The notes below the pieces were generated by a model. It worked only from the letters and a program-made list of their open reading frames with translations. It was not told the DNA's origin and did no database searches. From positions 1 through 43,506 of IMG/VR virus record IMGVR_UViG_3300045988_179274: DNA of 43,506 nucleotides. One strand, 5' to 3'. Both the position numbers and the translations under genes were made by a program. This document shows, one piece after another, positions 40,612 through 43,506 of the stretch; position 1 is the stretch's first letter, and each line of letters begins with the position of its first letter. The stretch comes from a virus.

Positions 40612-40650
40612 AAAATGCCCCGCTTACCTCAACAGCAAGCGGGGCATTTT
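40612..40650. terminator. Bidirectional rho-independent terminator between convergent operons
   Basis: AAAATGCCCCGCTT-loop-AAGCGGGGCATTTT: a perfect 12-bp stem flanked by A and T runs. Confidence 0.8.
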
Positions 40651-40667
40651 CGCTTTCGCAAGGCCGC

Positions 40668-40853
40668 CTATTCCTTGCACACAGCCTTGATGGTGGCTAC
40701 TGCGCACCACGCTTTTTCGAGCGTGCGAACGTCCTCACTACTGAGTCCGCCGCCATCGCGGGCTTCGTCGCACACCTTGTCGATCTTTTCGAGAAGACAG
40801 TGCATGGACTGTTCCGCGCGGGCTTTCATCAGTTCCTTCATTTCCATGGTCAT
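40668..40853 (-). CDS. Hypothetical small protein (third gene of Com-associated cassette)
   Basis: 61-aa helical ORF with four Cys. 4-nt overlap with the upstream gene. Confidence 0.5.
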   Translation of the reverse strand: MTMEMKELMKARAEQSMHCLLEKIDKVCDEARDGGGLSSEDVRTLEKAWCAVATIKAVCKE

Positions 40854-41185
40854 TCTCCATGTCTGTTCATGATTTCTTTGAGCGCGTCCAGGTCTCCCTT
40901 GTCAGGCTTATACGGCCCGATGGAGAAGGGATGCGCTTCAAGATTCTTTGAGGCTTCGGCGTACAGCAAGTCCACGTCGATGCGGTTTTGCTCGTCCACC
41001 GCCCCCAAAGACTTCAGAAGCGGTAGATAGCCTTCGATCATCGTCGGGGCTCGCTGAGCGACGAGCCCCGAGATGATGCCGACGGTGAAGGGCAGAGAAC
41101 CGCCTTGCTTTCCTGCGGCGGGGATGAGAACTTGCTGTGCAAATTCTGCGATCACCGCAGGCAGATTCCCGATCGGCATCTTCAT
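40850..41185 (-). CDS. Hypothetical protein (second gene of Com-associated cassette)
   Basis: 111-aa ORF. Its start lies 2 nt after the upstream stop. Confidence 0.55.
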   Translation of the reverse strand: MKMPIGNLPAVIAEFAQQVLIPAAGKQGGSLPFTVGIISGLVAQRAPTMIEGYLPLLKSLGAVDEQNRIDVDLLYAEASKNLEAHPFSIGPYKPDKGDLDALKEIMNRHGE

Positions 41186-41187
41186 GG

Positions 41188-41811
41188 CTAGCTCCGCTGA
41201 ACCTTGACGGTGCCGCTAATCGGCTGAGTAGCCGGTGCGGTGTCGGTCGCCGTCGGAGCCGTCCACGAGTTGTACCGCGGCATGACGGGCGGACAGATGA
41301 CGGACTGCGGGACGATCGTCTGAGTGATGCCGTTCACCGTGTTCTGCAACGCGGCAATGGCCGCAGAGTTCTGACTGATGCCGCAGTTGCAGGCCTGCGC
41401 AACGGAGTCGATGCGACCGCCCAGTTCACTGCGCACGAGCTTCTCGCGCAGGTCGGCGATTTCAGCGTTCTTGGACACGTTGGTTTCAAGAACCGCGATG
41501 CGCTCACGATTCGCCGCGGCCTCCGCGGAGAGCGGGCGGATGAAGCCCATCAGCTCATCGCGAAGCACTTTATTTTCAGCGCGCGAAGCAACGTAGACTT
41601 CGGAATCCTTGTTGTCGGAATACTTTTCTGCGCGAAGGTTGGCGTTCTCGGCCATCAGGGCATTGAGCTGATTGCAGTTGCCGCCGCCAAGGATGCCGCC
41701 GAGAATGCCGCCGTTGCCGTTATTGGCGGAGCCGAGGAAACCGAGGGAGCCCAGTACGAGGGCGGGGATGCCTACGCCGTTGGCGAGGCCTTTTGTGGCA
41801 AATTCACCCAT
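41188..41811 (-). CDS. Hypothetical protein with Gly-rich hydrophobic N-terminus and coiled-coil-like centre (first gene of Com-associated cassette)
   Basis: 207-aa ORF. GIPALVLGSLGFLGSANNGNGGILGGILGGGNC, then a heptad-like region. The start codon is buried in a hairpin. Confidence 0.6.
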   Translation of the reverse strand: MGEFATKGLANGVGIPALVLGSLGFLGSANNGNGGILGGILGGGNCNQLNALMAENANLRAEKYSDNKDSEVYVASRAENKVLRDELMGFIRPLSAEAAANRERIAVLETNVSKNAEIADLREKLVRSELGGRIDSVAQACNCGISQNSAAIAALQNTVNGITQTIVPQSVICPPVMPRYNSWTAPTATDTAPATQPISGTVKVQRS

Positions 41812-41831
41812 AGCAAACTCCTTTTGCTATG
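41809..41831 (-). promoter_or_regulatory. Translation-initiation hairpin: perfect 9-bp stem with SD in the loop and AUG in the 3' arm
   Basis: Minus-strand RNA CAUAGCAAA-AGGAG-UUUGCUAUG. The AUG is the start of 41188..41811. Confidence 0.7.
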
Positions 41832-41868
41832 GAACTCGAGGTTCTCTGGATTGCGCGCTCGACCGGCG

Positions 41869-42075
41869 CTAAGAAGTTGGCTCGTTGGCCTTATTTGAGG
41901 CAGAGACCGAACGGCTCTGCGGGATGACCCTATTGTATGACGAAAGGTCTAGAACATCAAGCGCTTTGCACTTCGGACACTTGATGCACAAAACCCCACT
42001 AGCCGGGCGGGGCGAAGCAATGTCGAAAAGACGACGCCCACAGCAAGGGCATCTAACAGTTACAGCTACCTCCAT
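41869..42075 (-). CDS. com: Mu Com-like zinc-ribbon translational regulator
   Basis: VRCPCCGRRLFDIA...VLCIKCPKCKALDV matches the Com pattern RCxxC...(I/L)KCPxC. AGGAGAG is the SD. Confidence 0.7.
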   Translation of the reverse strand: MEVAVTVRCPCCGRRLFDIASPRPASGVLCIKCPKCKALDVLDLSSYNRVIPQSRSVSASNKANEPTS

Positions 42076-42162
42076 TTTTCTCTCCTATTAGAGAACGAAA
42101 ATCGGACAAGACGGCATTGAGCGTTGTTTTGTCGCCGCATCCGTAAGCTAAAACAAGATTCG

Positions 42163-42573
42163 TCATTTCAAAATTTCCGTCAGTGCGTCGTGGTTTTTGG
42201 CGCATCGCTGATAGAGTCGGCCGCACTCTGAACCAGAGTCAGCCAGTCTTTGAACCAAGTCTTCCAGTCGGGCAACTCGCTTTCTAAGAGCGTCTGCGGA
42301 ATCTCCGGAGGAGGCGCGGTTACCGTCCGAGTGGCGCATCCGGGCGCGAGCACGATCAAGCTCAGCGCGCAGATCGTTGTACTCAGCCTGAGCCAAGTTG
42401 ATCGTATCGGTTGCTTTCGAAAGTCCTTCAGCATTTTTTCTCTCCGCCGCCCGCAGTGCTTCAGACTGCGCCGCTTCCATGAGGGCAATTTTTCGGTCGT
42501 AGTGCGAAGAGGCCAGCCAGACCCCCGCGAAGAAGACCAGGCCAGCCGCAACCGCATAAACGTAGTCTTTCAT
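42163..42573 (-). CDS. i-spanin (Rz-like)
   Basis: ATG 42573 overlaps the endolysin stop (ATGA). N-terminal TM YAVAAGLVFFAGVWLA, then a coiled-coil periplasmic domain. It contains the embedded o-spanin frame. Confidence 0.75.
   Translation of the reverse strand: MKDYVYAVAAGLVFFAGVWLASSHYDRKIALMEAAQSEALRAAERKNAEGLSKATDTINLAQAEYNDLRAELDRARARMRHSDGNRASSGDSADALRKRVARLEDLVQRLADSGSECGRLYQRCAKNHDALTEILK
42180..42434 (-). CDS. o-spanin (Rz1-like lipoprotein) embedded in the +1 frame of the i-spanin gene
   Basis: ...ICALSLIVLAPGC ATRTVTAPPPEIP...: a signal-like segment, a lipobox-like APGC, then a Pro-rich mature part. The start is uncertain. Confidence 0.6.
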   Translation of the reverse strand: MLKDFRKQPIRSTWLRLSTTICALSLIVLAPGCATRTVTAPPPEIPQTLLESELPDWKTWFKDWLTLVQSAADSISDAPKTTTH

Positions 42574-42944
42574 TTGCGTCGATAATCCCAACGAGCGCGG
42601 TGCCCACGCACGTCTACATGAACGAACGAATCGTACAGTCCGACGCCGCCTTCTTTATTGAGTTCCAGACACAGGTCCTGGAGCTCGGGGATCAGGCGCG
42701 GATCGTCAGGTCGAATGTCAGCCGCCATACCTTTCGTGTGATAGCTGTTAGCCACAGCGCCGGTGATCGTCGCGTTGTATTCGGGGCTTCGATAGCCCGA
42801 GTTAACAATGATCGGCTTGCCCCACGCGCGGCGGATGCGATTGAGTAAATTCAGCAATTCATCAGTGACAACGTGCGGGAAGGGAGACCTGTTCGGGTCT
42901 TTTGGACTCTGCAACTCCTTTTCGTCAAAAAAACCGTATTTCAT
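42570..42944 (-). CDS. Endolysin, peptidase M15 (DUF882/M15A-like) family
   Basis: SGYRSPEYNATITGAVANSYHTKGMAADI and ...SFVHVDVR carry the H..D..H zinc ligands typical of M15 peptidases. Confidence 0.85.
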   Translation of the reverse strand: MKYGFFDEKELQSPKDPNRSPFPHVVTDELLNLLNRIRRAWGKPIIVNSGYRSPEYNATITGAVANSYHTKGMAADIRPDDPRLIPELQDLCLELNKEGGVGLYDSFVHVDVRGHRARWDYRRK

Positions 42945-43228
42945 CGGGCACCTCTCTCCAAAAAACCTTTCAAGATGCTCACACCATCTTTTCCCATCAT
43001 GCCGCCCAATCCTGCCAGCGCTCCCGCGGCCTCATCAGACAGGCCGTAAGAGTGCGCCGCCATACAGATCAGAAAGCCAATGAACCCCGAAAGGGTCACT
43101 ACCCCAAAGAATTCCAGCCAAAGAAAAGGCTTGGCTTTACCAACCGAGTTCAAGTACATCAGACACTGAGCCAAGGCACCCACCGCAAACGAAAAGAGGT
43201 ATCGGAAATATTCGTTGTAGTCCTGCAT
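42941..43228 (-). CDS. Holin
   Basis: 95 aa with at least two TM helices (FSFAVGALAQCLMYL; FFGVVTLSGFIGFLICMAA). It lies immediately upstream of the endolysin and overlaps it. Confidence 0.7.
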   Translation of the reverse strand: MQDYNEYFRYLFSFAVGALAQCLMYLNSVGKAKPFLWLEFFGVVTLSGFIGFLICMAAHSYGLSDEAAGALAGLGGMMGKDGVSILKGFLERGAR

Positions 43229-43387
43229 AAAGTCTTCAACTCTTATGTAGCCCGCAGTATCTGCTCGACACGTCTACCTACGCGACTAGTCAAGAAGCAT
43301 ACGCGCAGGTGGGGGATTTCAATGGACGCTTTTTGCCGCTGGCGACGGCGGTATTTCGAGCGCCTAGAGCAAAGTGCTAGACTATCG

Positions 43388-43506
43388 GAACGCGCCTTGC
43401 GCCGTTGAGGTGAGCTGCTAAGAGTGGCAAAAACAGGGGCAAATTTAAAAAACCAAGCCAATTACGCTGACATTTGGGTAGGGTTCGAATCCCCATGGGG
43501 ACGCCA
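43388..43506. repeat. Terminal direct repeat, right copy (exact match to 1..119)
   Basis: Same 119 nt as the left end. The window stops exactly at the CCA. Confidence 0.95.
43479..43506 (+). other. Second copy of the tRNA 3'-end fragment (inside the right terminal repeat)
   Basis: Identical to 92..119. Confidence 0.6.

Larger units (their letters stand above)
1..43506. mobile_element. Complete temperate phage / prophage genome, podovirus-like (T7-order structural module) with lambdoid-style immunity and replication region
   Basis: Integrase and excisionase, CI/Cro switch, replication, terminase, portal, capsid, tail and lysis modules are all present. The ends are an identical 119-bp repeat. 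Confidence 0.9.

Overview
The window is one complete temperate phage genome of about 43.4 kb unique sequence. Its two ends are an exact 119-bp direct repeat (1..119 = 43388..43506). All family names below come from motif recognition by eye; no database search was run.

Layout:
- Left end: a tRNA-3'-end-like att fragment with a terminator, short DNA repeats, a tyrosine integrase (335..1423, +) and an AlpA-type excisionase.
- Left arm (minus strand, 10214 down to 1694): small early genes, an ERF annealase with a YqaJ-type exonuclease, and a 630-bp non-coding block holding two back-to-back consensus promoters. Then come a Rha/KilAC antirepressor operon, an AT-richer moron island (hicAB and a P63C-domain gene, each with its own promoter and terminator), and MazG-like and DUF551-like genes.
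- Centre: an S24/LexA-type CI repressor (12252..12950, -) divergent from a Cro-like gene, followed by a DUF1376 initiator with an internal iteron origin and a DnaC-like loader. Between CI and the early-left operon lies an accessory cluster: small ORFs behind two copies of a conserved hairpin element, a minimal GIY-YIG nuclease, and a DUF2335 membrane protein.
- Right arm (plus strand): terS/terL, a GNAT, then a T7-order structural module. That module comprises portal, scaffold, capsid, gp11/gp12-like proteins and three internal core proteins (one a 2162-aa HExxH-containing giant), then tail fibres and a six-blade Kelch propeller.
- Far right (minus strand): holin, M15 endolysin and embedded i/o-spanins, which implies a diderm host. 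These are followed by a Mu Com-like zinc finger and three unknown genes.

Most interesting observations:
1. The Com-like gene sits upstream of a perfect hairpin that sequesters the SD and AUG of an unknown three-gene cassette.
2. A conserved motif (TAGTGTCCATAGA or a close variant) overlaps or follows the stop codons of four long late genes.
3. Two copies of a conserved 13-mer / variable hairpin / U-tract / SD element precede small immunity-adjacent genes, and at least four intrinsic terminators lie in series on the leftward early transcript.
4. Divergent consensus promoters drive a roughly 245-nt structured leader for the antirepressor operon and an orphan + strand RNA.

No rRNA, CRISPR array, reverse transcriptase or intact tRNA was found.
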